Shown here piece by piece: positions 12,292-22,598 of a stretch of 64,000 nt of DNA. Origin of the DNA: Oikopleura dioica (taxonomy: Eukaryota; Animalia; Chordata); assembly GCA_907165135.1 (NCBI GenBank), contig OU015567.1:496001-560000 (forward strand), read 5' to 3'. The notes under the pieces are model-generated. The model made no database searches. It was not told the DNA's origin and saw only the letters and a program-made list of their open reading frames with translations. The number at the start of each line of letters is the position of its first letter. The first letter of the stretch is position 1. A program made the position numbers and the translations under genes.

Positions 12292-14231
12292 TTATATAAT
12301 CAAGGAAGGACTGCTTTTTGGAATTTCCCGGTTCAGGATTTTTATCAGCGCTGGAAAGGTGTTTCGAATCTGACAGTTGCCGGTGATTTTCGCGATTCCT
12401 GAAAATTATGAATTTTGAATTAATATTTTTCTCACCAAGAGCATCAGCAGTTTGGAGGTCTATTCTTCCAGTGAGAATTTGAATCATGTGCTCATCATTT
12501 GCATAAATTATCAAGCTATTATGAATTGGGTCCTGATGCTGATAACTTATCACGGATTTTCATATTGGAAGAAAAATTGAAGGGGAGGTATGAGGAAGCG
12601 ACAAAAAATTTTGACAAATAACCTGAAATTTTCAACCAATCAAAAGCCTGAATTCGGAGAACTGTCCAATCAGCAGCCGAGTAGCCGCCCACGCAAAATT
12701 TGTCGAAATTTTTTGTCGGTTTCTGACGCAAACCGACAATTTGACCTGATTATTCGTCGAAAATCAGTTCCTTAGATAGGTCAATTTTCCATCGCACAAG
12801 CCCAGTTTCCAGCGACCAACTGTATTGACATCTCCTGTCAGGGTTCCAATTTTGGCCGAAAAATTTTGGAGTGGAGTGGAGAGATGAGTGGATAGCCCAA
12901 AAATTTTTCTGAGCGGAGTGGAGCGGTGAGTGGATGTCCAAAAAAAATGGTTGAGCGAGTGGAGTGGGTGAGCGGAGTGGATTTTGAGTGGATTTTGAGC
13001 GGATTTTTAGGGAAGTTTGAGCGATTAAAAAAAAATTTTTTTGCATTTCATGCACCCTACAATACACTCAAAAAAAGGGTCGACAGGCCGGTTTTTTTTT
13101 AAACGATTTCATTCTCATATTTTTATTCAATTTACAATTAGAAGAGAAAGAGGGGACGTAAAGAAGAGAGGTTGAAAAAGGTCGGGCCCCCACGAGCAGA
13201 CAGAAACCGAAACAAAGAAGACTTCTTCTTTGCACGCCGTGAGCAAGCCTTTCATTTTTCGAGATAAAAAGGGTTTTAGAGGGGGAGGCGTGGTTAAGCG
13301 ACAATTTTTGCGCAATAAAGTTTGTCGCAGGGCTACCGCCCTAAAAGTGCATGTTAAAAGATAGGAAAATATAACTTTTTTTGTGCGACAAATTTTGTCG
13401 CGCAAAAATTGTCGCTTAACCACGCTTTCCCTTTTAGAGGGGGTCTGACCATCAAACTTTTATGAAGAAGTTGGTCCTAAATTAAAGGTTGATCCTGATA
13501 TTATGTCAGTGATTTATTCTCTTGATTATCCCCTGAGAGAATTTGATTCTTTATTTAAAAATAGACCAAACTCAGTCTCCAATCAGAATACGAGAAAAGG
13601 GGCGCTGAAGACAAAAATCCACTCCATCCGCTCAAAATCCACTCCAATCACTCCAAAGTAGATTTTACAGGTTGGAGTGGAGTGGAGGGAATGAGTGGAT
13701 ACTAAAAATATAGGCTGAGCGAGTGGAGTGGAGTGGATCCACTCCGCTCACGCTCCACTCCACTCCGCTCAAAATCCACTCCATCGCTCAGCAAAATTGG
13801 AACCCTGTCTCCTGTAACACCTTCTTCTTCCGTTAGATGCAGAATCAATCTACCCGTTTGCGCGGCTTGTGGCAATTCTGACAGTAAATCCGGCTTGTTC
13901 GCCAAAGATTCGCAAGCAGAAGATACCCATTTCACAGTCCTTAAAAAATCCTTCTCTTCCATGATTTCAAGAGTGCAAAAAAATACCGATACGATTCTAG
14001 CTCTTTCCTTTTTCCGACCAAGTTCGTCACCGAAACGGGCAAATTCGACTTCTGTTGCTTATAAGATCCGGTTAAAATCTCCCAAAACTCGATAAAAAAA
14101 AAGGAAGTGAAATTAATTTTTCTTGGACCTACTTTTATCTTTATCGGAAGACTGGATTTTCTTCGCAGATTTGAAGCAGGAGAGAGGCTTCGAGCTCGTC
14201 GAGAAATAAATTTTAAATTCACTTTAGTCAT
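12292..14231 (-). CDS. Protein with a C-terminal SCP2-like (sterol carrier) domain, interrupted by a hAT MITE that can be spliced out
   Basis: Reconstructed ...GVTGDVNTVGRWKLGLCDGKLTYLSYQHQDPIHNSLIIYANDEHMIQILTGRIDLQTADALGIAKITGN...; resembles the SCP2 consensus (G.LD.Q.A...G..KI.GN); 5' exons uncertain. Confidence 0.6.
12582..12734. mobile_element. Degenerate MITE family A inside a GA-AG intron
   Basis: ggggaggtatgaggaagcgacaaaaaatttt ... aaattttttgtcggtttctgacgcaaacc. Confidence 0.7.
12839..13807. mobile_element. hAT-like MITE with (GAGTG)n subterminal repeats, inserted in coding sequence
   Basis: TIR CAGGGTTCCAATTTTG; perfect 8-bp TSD TCTCCTGT (12831-12838, 13808-13815). Confidence 0.92.
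13283..13431. mobile_element. Nested Mutator-like MITE
   Basis: TIR gcgtggttaagcgacaatttttgcgc / gcgcaaaaattgtcgcttaaccacgc; 9-bp TSD TTTTAGAGG. Confidence 0.85.
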
Positions 14232-14467
14232 TCGTTTTCCTCTTTATTGAATAATTAATGCACAGGAAATGCTCTTTTCTGAGTCCTAATGATTCATAAA
14301 CAATCAAATTCGTTCTATGTTGCTCAAAGTATCCTTTGACCTTTCTCGCATTTTCATTTACTGCATTTTCTGTCGTCTCAATTATAAGAGCAAAATGCGA
14401 AGTGACATCCGAGACGTCCCCAAAATATATTCAATGGCCAGAGAAACAGACTCTCTAGTGAGAAAAA

Positions 14468-14865
14468 ATGCGTTTATTTTTCCGATTTTCAATATTTTTC
14501 ACTTTGATTGGCTCTATAAGAATCAAAGGCCATCCAGATATTTACATGCTTCATGCTTTTTACAGCAAATGCGTTTTTGGTAAGTCAATCTGATACCCTT
14601 AAGGACCGGCCGATTATTTCTTTAAGAATTCGGGCTAAAACACGAGTTGGTTGATTATGACATGACCGGTGTGGAAAATATGTGTGGACTGATGATTGCT
14701 GATCAAATAACGAGACACTTATCAAAACCGTAATTGAAGAAAAAAAATTTTTTCGTGTGTAAATAACTCAATTTTAGTCAGATGAAGGGTGCGCTAAAAT
14801 CTTTCATGGAATCTTACCACCATGCGAGAACGTCGAATTTCGGATTTATTGGAAATTATCTCTGA
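14468..14865 (+). CDS. Small 3-exon secreted protein (~100 aa), paralog 1
   Basis: MRLFFRFSIFFTLIGSIRIKGHPDIY..KCVF|EFG..GVENMCGLMIADQI..|QMKGALKSFMESYHHARTSNFGFIGNYL*; intron positions shared with paralog 2. Confidence 0.75.
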
Positions 14866-15108
14866 GAAATCGTTGATGAATAAAATAATCCATATTAATA
14901 ATAATAAAATTATTAATAAAATCAATTATTCTTTGATTGTTCTAGACAAAAATTATCAATGATAATTTATCATGATGACGGCTATGTGCTTTTCAGCTGT
15001 CACTTCAATAAGGGGACCCTCAGCAAATTGTAGTATACATTCGTAATGAACTCTGACATCCTTTTGTTCTTTTGCATTTTCATGTTCTGAAAACATTTAG
15101 TCCGAGAA

Positions 15109-15496
15109 ATGAGGCTCTTTTTCTTTTTTATTTTATTCATTTTTGGTGGTCGCTCAGTTCGGTTCAAAGGCTACCCAGATATTTATAAACTGCATTCATT
15201 TTACAGCAACTGTATTTTTGGTAAGTTTGAATATCCTTCTTCTTGTTAATCAGTTACCTTAAGTTTTTGCCCAAAAGCCTGATTTGGTCAAACTTGACAT
15301 CTCTGGTGTTGAAGATATGTGTGGCCTTATTCTTGCCAATCAAATCGTCAATCTCCCAAAAGCGTTAGCTCAGAGATAGATCAATTTGCCTATAACAAAT
15401 TGTTCTAGTCGAATGAAAGGAGCGTTAAAATCCTTCATGGAATCTTACACTCACACTAGAACTTCGAAATTTGGCTTCCTTGGAAATTTTCTGTGA
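15109..15496 (+). CDS. Small 3-exon secreted protein (~100 aa), paralog 2
   Basis: MRLFFFFILFIFGGRSVRFKGYPDIY..NCIF|VFA..GVEDMCGLILANQI..|RMKGALKSFMESYTHTRTSKFGFLGNFL*. Confidence 0.75.
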
Positions 15497-15645
15497 CAAA
15501 ATTGAATACACTCATCATCGAAATTTGAATATTGTCTTAGTTTCTGGAATATATCAACTTCTGAGTTTTCGAATTTCCAGATTTTCAGCTTTTCCCTTTT
15601 CTTCATGTTTTCAGCCATATTCTGATGTTCCGAAAAACGGAGAAA

Positions 15646-15947
15646 ATGGATTTTATTTTTATAATTTTTGCTTGTTTGGCCGTTTCTTCATGTGTTTTCG
15701 GATATTTGGAGCTAGAAATTGAGAATGAGAAAACAAGACAAGTTGAGCTCACTTTTTTGACATGCTTTAAAAGTATCTTTAGAAATTGAAAGAAGTTCAA
15801 GAGGAGAAAGAGGAACTCAAGATGGAGTTGGAGATTCGAAAAAAATCGATCAAGCGGAAAAATGAAGACTGGAAGGAACAAGAAGATTCTTTTATCTGGG
15901 ACTCATTCGACGATTTCTCCGAAGAACTGGCTGAATTCTATGAATAA
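15646..15947 (+). CDS. Small 2-exon protein with signal peptide, coiled coil and acidic tail
   Basis: MDFIFIIFACLAVSSCVFG..RQ|KLKEVQEEKEELKMELEIRKKSIKRKNEDW..FYE*; in frame across one GT-AG intron. Confidence 0.55.
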
Positions 15948-16127
15948 AGACCGGCTTGAAAGGAAAGAAAATAGAATTTTTTTGTTGAATTTGTATTTTG
16001 AAGAATAATAATTTCGTTTATAAGGATGATGAAAAATGAGAGATAAAAAAGGTTTGGCAAAGAATTGCGGTTATTGTGCAAATATGTCAAGAAAGAGCTA
16101 CTGCAAAGTTTCCTAAGCAAAAATAAA

Positions 16128-19100
16128 TTAAAGGGCAGAGAACGCTTCGTCGGGATTTTCAGGTCGCTCCTTGTTTTTTCGTCTTCGGCGGCGTTTTCCT
16201 TGGTCTCCTCCTTGATCCCTAAAAAATATTTTTAGCCCTGGCGTTTGTTGAGAAAGTACCGTAAATTAGCTGTAGACCCGTGATGATGATCCGCCTCAGG
16301 ATCCTTTTTGCTTCTTCTTTGGCGACTTGGGCTTCTCTTCCTTGATTTCTCCTCGGATCTACCCACGTTTTCGAGATTTGTTCTCGATTCGGAGCGACGA
16401 CGATCACGTGACGGCGATCTTTTTCTTCTGTCTCGCGACGGGGATCTTCAAAATAGCATTCTTTTTCCAAAAGATTTCATTTTACCTGTGTCTTGATTCC
16501 GATCGTTTTCTCGAAGTCGGCGAGTGATGCCTTCTATCTCTCGATTCTGATCTCCGACTCGATTTTGGCGACCTTCTCGACCTCGATTCCGACCTGTGGC
16601 CTCTTGTTCTTGAGCTCGACCGATCTCTTGATCTTTCCTTCTTTTCGTCCTCCCCTCTTTCGCGGCCATCTCGGTCTCGATTTCTCGATTCAGATCTTCT
16701 CCCACGTGATCGTTTCGAAGCTGATCGCGAGATCTTTTCCCCGTTTTCATTGATGCTCATTTTCGACCTTGATTTTCTCAACTCACTACAGAGCCAATTA
16801 GATAGGGAAAAAGGGATGAAATTGTTATCTTACCGAGGAGAAGTCAATTGATACTCATCTTCGAAGGTCTGAAAATCGTCATTTTTATCAAGCGAACGAG
16901 AAATGCTAGCGCGCGAGCCGGTTTTTTTGAGCGAAGAAATAGCATGCATTAGCTCCTAGAATATAAAAGTTTGCAACTTTTATCACCAAAAGATAAAATT
17001 TATTTATCAAGCTTAGCATGAAAATTGGCACTTTCGATTTTTGGCTTGATAGCGTTAGAATGGCCGCTTTTGAGTCAAAAATAAAAGTAAACACTAGAAA
17101 AATAGAAAATGCCTTGAAATTATAAAAATTCATTTTCGATCTTCCATCGAGCGTTGCCTCCGCTACATAGGGTCCTCCAGAGCGCGGAAGACTCTCCCAC
17201 AGGGCCGCGCGTAGGCGGCGCGTGACACGTTTTCTCCCCCACTCGCTCATTCGCTCCTCACAACTGCGAGAAAATGCCTTTTCTGGATAATTCTACTTTT
17301 TACCATTCCAATTAGAGAAAAAGAAGCTCATTCTGTTATATTCTTACGAAACATATCAATAATTTAAAATGACTGCAAATGCATTATAAAAAATTTCGAA
17401 CGCCTCAAGCGCCTATTTCTTGAAATAAAATTCATAATTTTTACCAAATTCTAGCCCTAATCCCTTCTCTTTTCAGACTCGTCGGATCTCTCGAACAAAT
17501 CTTTTAAATAGCTTACTAGCTGCCCTCTGTCAAGTCTAATCAACTATGGTTTTGGGAAGAGTTCGAAAGGAATGGAAAGCCGAATACTTCCAGAAGGTCG
17601 AGCGAATCCTCTCCACCTACGATCGGGTCCTCGTCTGCGATGCTGACAACGTCACTTCCAAGCAGTTCCAGCAGATCCGAACTGGTAAGTCAACAAAATC
17701 AAAAATTAGGCGAAAAAACCTTCGCAAAAATTAGCACTTTTTCTTCGCGGCCTCCTTTTCGAGTCAAATTCGTCATGAGTCTCAATTTAACTACTTCTTT
17801 CAGGTCTTCGAGGCCAGGGCGAGATCCTCATGGGCAAGAACACCATGATGAAGCGAGCCATGCGATCCCTCTTCGGTGACAAGCCCGAGCTCGAGAAGCT
17901 TATGAACTTGGTCAAGCTCAACGTCGGCCTCGTCTGCTTCAACGGAGACATGAAGGAGATCCGAGACTTGGTCATGACCTACAAGGTTCCCGCCGCCGCC
18001 CGTACTGGAGCTGTCGCCCCAGTCGACGTCGTCGTCCCTCCCCAGGTCACCACTCTTGGTCCCGAAAAGACCTCCTTCTTCCAGGCTCTTTCCGTCCCCA
18101 CCAAGATTACTCGTGGTAACATTGAAATCACCGCGCCCGTCAACCTCATCGCTGCCGGCGACAAGGTCGGAGAGTCCGCCGCCACTCTCCTCAACATGTT
18201 GAAGATCTCTCCCTTCACCTACGGTTTGGACGTCATCCAGTGCTACGACGCTGGCTCCGTCTACTCCCCCGAGATCCTCGACATCACCGAGGACGACATC
18301 AAGGCCCGATTCATGGGCGCTGTCGCCAACGTCGCTTCCGTCTCGTTGGCCATCGGTTACCCAACCGCCGCCTCTGCTCCTCACAGCATCGCCAACGCCT
18401 TCAAGAACATCCAGGCCGTTGCCGCTGTCACTGAGATCACCTTCCCACAGGTAAAACAAAAGCTCAAGATTATTAGACGGCTCTGCCAGTAGTTAGATAA
18501 GTCTCAGAGGGTAATAATTGCGAAGCCGCGTTGCGGCTTCGGTCTTATAAAAGCCGAACAGCAGCGTTTCCTTAGAGCTTGCCAGAACTCCAATCTATCA
18601 ATGAACCACCTTTTAACCCTTTTTTTCAGGTTGAGAAGCTCAAGGAGTACCTCGCCAACCCAGAGGCCTTCGCTGTCGCTGCTCCAGCTGCCGCCGCTGC
18701 TGCTGAGGAAGCCGCCCCAGCCGCCGTCGAATCTGAGGAATCCTCCGACGAAGACATGGGCATGGACCTCTTCGGTTAAGGAAGTACTCGACTCCTTCTA
18801 CGGAACGTATTCTGCGGTCTATGGGACCAAAATTTGGAGATACCATCTTTCAAATAAAACGTTCAAAAACCGCACAAAACTGTCTTTTCCTATCTTTTCT
18901 TGCAAATTAAGCATCTCATTCTTTGTATTTAACACCAAGCAGGCATCAAGCAAAACATTCCAATTCCCTACCTTTTCAGCTTCACTCAATCTTCTCTCAT
19001 CAAGTGTAGGCAGTCTGTCATTGAGCGACATCCTAGATCCAGACTTGCGCATTCTGCCCGACGAAAGATCATCGCGAGATCCAGAACGACGATCTCGAAG

Positions 19101-21896
19101 GTCAGACTTTGAGCCGCGGATATTGTCACGTGATTTTCGCAGATCTCGACTGCTACTGTGGAGCTTTTCGCGCGAGCCATGGCGGGACGAGCGTTCGCGA
19201 GATCTTTTCAGACAGTTTCAAAATTGAAAATCATAGGAAGAAGTCCGCAAAGGGCGGTGACCTGGCATGAAAAACTGAGTCAGAAAGATCTAATGATAGA
19301 AATAAGTCCTCTTTTTGAAAGACTAGCGTCGCGGTTTTTATTCCGGCTCTTTCAAGTCCTGACTCAGGTTTTTAAACAGGTTCCTGAGTGATTAGCATTT
19401 GAACTGTTCCTTGATCGATCTCGATCTCTTCCACGATCCTTTGACCCCGATCTTCCTCCCTCTCTCGTCCTCGATTCCGACCTCGATCTTCCTTTTCTAT
19501 CCCTCGACTCAGATCGATCCCGTCTTCTTCTTCCGCCGCGGTCTTCCTTGTTCAAACTCATTCTCGATCCATGATGCGACCTCCGTTCCGTCTTTCTTTC
19601 TCGCTGCTCTCTTGGTTCATCGTCTCGGCCAAGGAATTGATCCAGATTTACTCGCGGAATCACGGGATCTGTTGATGTTCGCAGCTCGAAGACGAAACCT
19701 TGCTCGATGTTCTTCTCGTCCTCTTCTTCTTCCGCAGGTTTGGTGAAGATCTGGAAGGGTTTTTCGCGATATTTTTTCACAAAAACTATCGCTACGATGA
19801 GGAGGAACAGTGCACAAAAGCCAGATACGGAGCCAACTTTTTAACATGGTCGATATGGGGGTAGATATTCTCAGGCCTTCTTTGAGGCCATCTGTTTTTT
19901 TAAGTAAACCAGAAATTCTGATTTCATACTCAAAGATTGCCTAACCAGATATGCACTTCTACAGCTGTTCAGGGATTTATATACGGCGAGATCAATGTGG
20001 AAAACATATCGAATAAAATGAATCTTTTAGTATAGATAACACATGCTGGTTCTTCAGAAGTGAAAAGAGCTTTTTACCTATCATTTTCACAATTCTGGCA
20101 AAACTGTTTCGTTCAATGAATAAATGAATAAAAGTCTAGGTAGTTGAAACGAAACTGAAAGAATTTTGAAAAAGTCAGAATGACTGAAATTTTGAGGGTC
20201 ATTTCTTATTCGACCATTTCCTATTACCGCCATAATAAAATTGTCCTCTTCTTCTTCATCTCCCATTCCCGGCATTCCCGGAATCTCCCCTTTTACAGCT
20301 GGGTCGTCACTTTCAACGTCCGAAAGGAGCGGCACGCTTCCGTCTCTTGGGTAAATCGGCCCCACTGAAAAAATACGGGCGCGTTCCGAAGATACTTCGC
20401 GGTTTTGGAAGAGTTTTGCGGCTCGGCGACGGCGGAATTTTGTGATGTCACCTTTTGAACGGATTTTAAAAAGAGGCGACTTCTCTAAAATTTCTAGTTT
20501 TCTTTACTCTTGTTTTCCGCGTTCCTAAGCAGGCATGATTCGCCTCGGGTTTCTGGCAATCCGTGCAAATCCAGGCGCGGCAGTGGATGTAAATGAACTG
20601 CTCGTGTTGTGCGACGGTGGTCCACTTGTACATTTGGAATTTCCAGCTGGCATACGCGCCCGCCGAATTCTGGCGAATAATGACGCCCAATGGGTCCGCA
20701 GAACAACCGTTTTCGATCATCATGTACGCCGTCTTCATGTTGTCAGGGTTGGCCGACCGCGAGCCCCAGCACGAGTCGATCACCACCTTAAATTATGCGG
20801 TTTAGCGGGGCAAAAGACGCGCACTTTTGAGGGAGGGAACAGTATTAAAACAAATCGATTAAGAAAATATTGTGACAAGATTTTTCGCTCAATTTCATAA
20901 AAAGCGCTATTCTTACTATTTGTGATCACGAGAAATCTGCTTTCGAGTAATCTCATACTGTGCGCGGCAACCTGTGTTAAAAACCCTTCGTTTTTAAAAA
21001 GCCGCGAATTTTCAATTAAAGTCTTCAGAACCTGACTCAGGTTTTTAACACAGGTTGCAGATTCTAGATCATATAATTTTTCATGTTTTCAATTTTACCT
21101 TGTCAGTTTCCATCGCAGCTTCATTTTCCGCAAAGTCGAACGCGACACGAACATAAATGAATTCCCTGACAGCCACCTGAGCATAACCCTTTTCCGCTAA
21201 ATCTTCCAGCTCTTCTTCGAATTTCGCGGTATTGAACAGTTTCATTTGGGTCTTGATTGACACTGGTCCTGCTTGAAGATTGTTGATTGCGGCGGAAGAG
21301 GGGAGCCGAACGTGCTTTTCTTGGAGGTATTGGATGCACGTGATGTTGGCTAAATCTTCGATTTTGCGTGATTTTTGATCGGTGAAGGAAAGCTTGTTTT
21401 CGTAAATGATTTGGACGCCCTGGCTTCTGCGGGTGGTGCCACAATCGCGCTTGGGATCCAAAAGGTTAATATTCAAAGTGATATGCGTTTTGTTGTGATA
21501 CGCTCCTCGGCAATTGTTTCCGAGCGCACTTTTTACCGGATCATCATTTTATGAATTTAAAATTTAAATCGCTTTATTTATGATTCCTTAAAAGTTTTCG
21601 ACCCAAAAGTAATGATGAAATTTTAATAAAAAATATAAATAAAAAATCTATTTTTATGAAATTGACACCCTTAATTTAATTCAAAATATCGAGGATCCGC
21701 TCCTTAAAAGCGTCACAGAAGCAGGTGGTCCATTCGAAACCGTCCATTTCGGGATGAAAATTTCAACATTTGTTTTTTGACAATTTGTAGTGATAAATTC
21801 CGACTTTTCTTTTTTCTCTTCGATTTCTTCTGTTTCTATTTCTTGAGCAAAAGTCGAAGCTAAAAGAATTAAACTGATCTTCAACGAGCATCTCAT
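16128..21896 (-). CDS. ZP-domain type I membrane protein with a long Arg/Ser-rich cytoplasmic tail
   Basis: Signal peptide; ZP-N/ZP-C Cys pattern (VVIDSCW..IENGC..IYIHC..WIC); furin site KFRRRR; EHP-like FSVGPI; TM VIVGSVSGFCALFLLIVAIVFV; RS-rich exons at 19410-19836, 18972-19203 and 16128-16869 join in frame; ends in -FSAL*. Confidence 0.8.
17455..17476 (+). promoter_or_regulatory. Pyrimidine tract ending in an unpaired TTTTCAG upstream of RPLP0 (candidate SL trans-splice acceptor)
   Basis: ccctaatcccttctcttttcag ~70 nt before the ATG; SL trans-splicing of ribosomal protein mRNAs is known in larvaceans. Confidence 0.45.
17546..18779 (+). CDS. RPLP0: 60S acidic ribosomal protein P0 (uL10); exons 17546-17684, 17804-18450, 18630-18779
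   Basis: DNVTSKQFQQIR, MGKNTMMKRA, TTLGPEKTSFFQAL, KVGESAATLLNMLKISPF, C-terminal EESSDEDMGMDLFG. Confidence 0.98.
20967..21058. mobile_element. Small intronic MITE of the CCTGAGTCAGG family
   Basis: TIR gcaacctgtgttaaaaacc / ggtttttaacacaggttgc; related cctga(g/c)tcagg-ended pieces at ~3020-3650, 8070-8115, 19275-19385, 22232-22292 and 52862-52960. Confidence 0.6.
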
Positions 21897-22598
21897 TTTC
21901 GTTTATTTTCTTCTTTCTACATCTCTTTTCGATATTTTGGCTTTTTATCAGAAGAAGTTGTATTTCTGTCAGCCTGGTGACCGACCGTATAATCAAGAGG
22001 AGCAGCGTTGCGCCTCCACCAATCCTGGCGCTCCGAAGGGGACGAATTCCGCCAAAGGGAGGGTTGCACCATCAGCGACGGAAGATGATGATTTTTCGCC
22101 AATTTTTATAAGAAAATAATTAAAAGTTAAAAAGGATAAGTTAGCCATTATCCTTCCGGGTCCATGCTATGCATCATTATTTGAGATTTCGTTACTGTAA
22201 TTATTTGAAACTAGAAAAATTGGCACAATAATCTGTTAAAAAATCTGAGTCAGAGCTTTTCCGCGACCCTGACTCAGGTTTTCTGAATAGATTGCGGAGG
22301 GAAAAAGATCCGATCTAACCCTAACCCAAAATTTTTTACTAACCCTAACCCAACATACTCATGAATAAAGACACATTATTATCTATCAGATTAATTCCAT
22401 TGTCAAGCTCGAGTACCTTCACATTCAACCCAAGGGCAAAATACAAAATTCCGCTTGTTCAACAAAAAATTTCAAAGAACGCAAATAAAATCACAAAGAT
22501 AAAGAAAGAAAAGAGCAAGATTTCAGGACTCAAATATTTGCGCTCAACTCGGGCCGCTTTTTTAGCCATTTTTGCCGCTCGAAATCTCGAGTTCCAAA

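Noticed and set aside
17800-18459. 219-aa antisense ORF
   Set aside because: It is the shadow of codon-biased RPLP0; the same applies to 44307-45101 and 32624-33112 over the PLAT genes.
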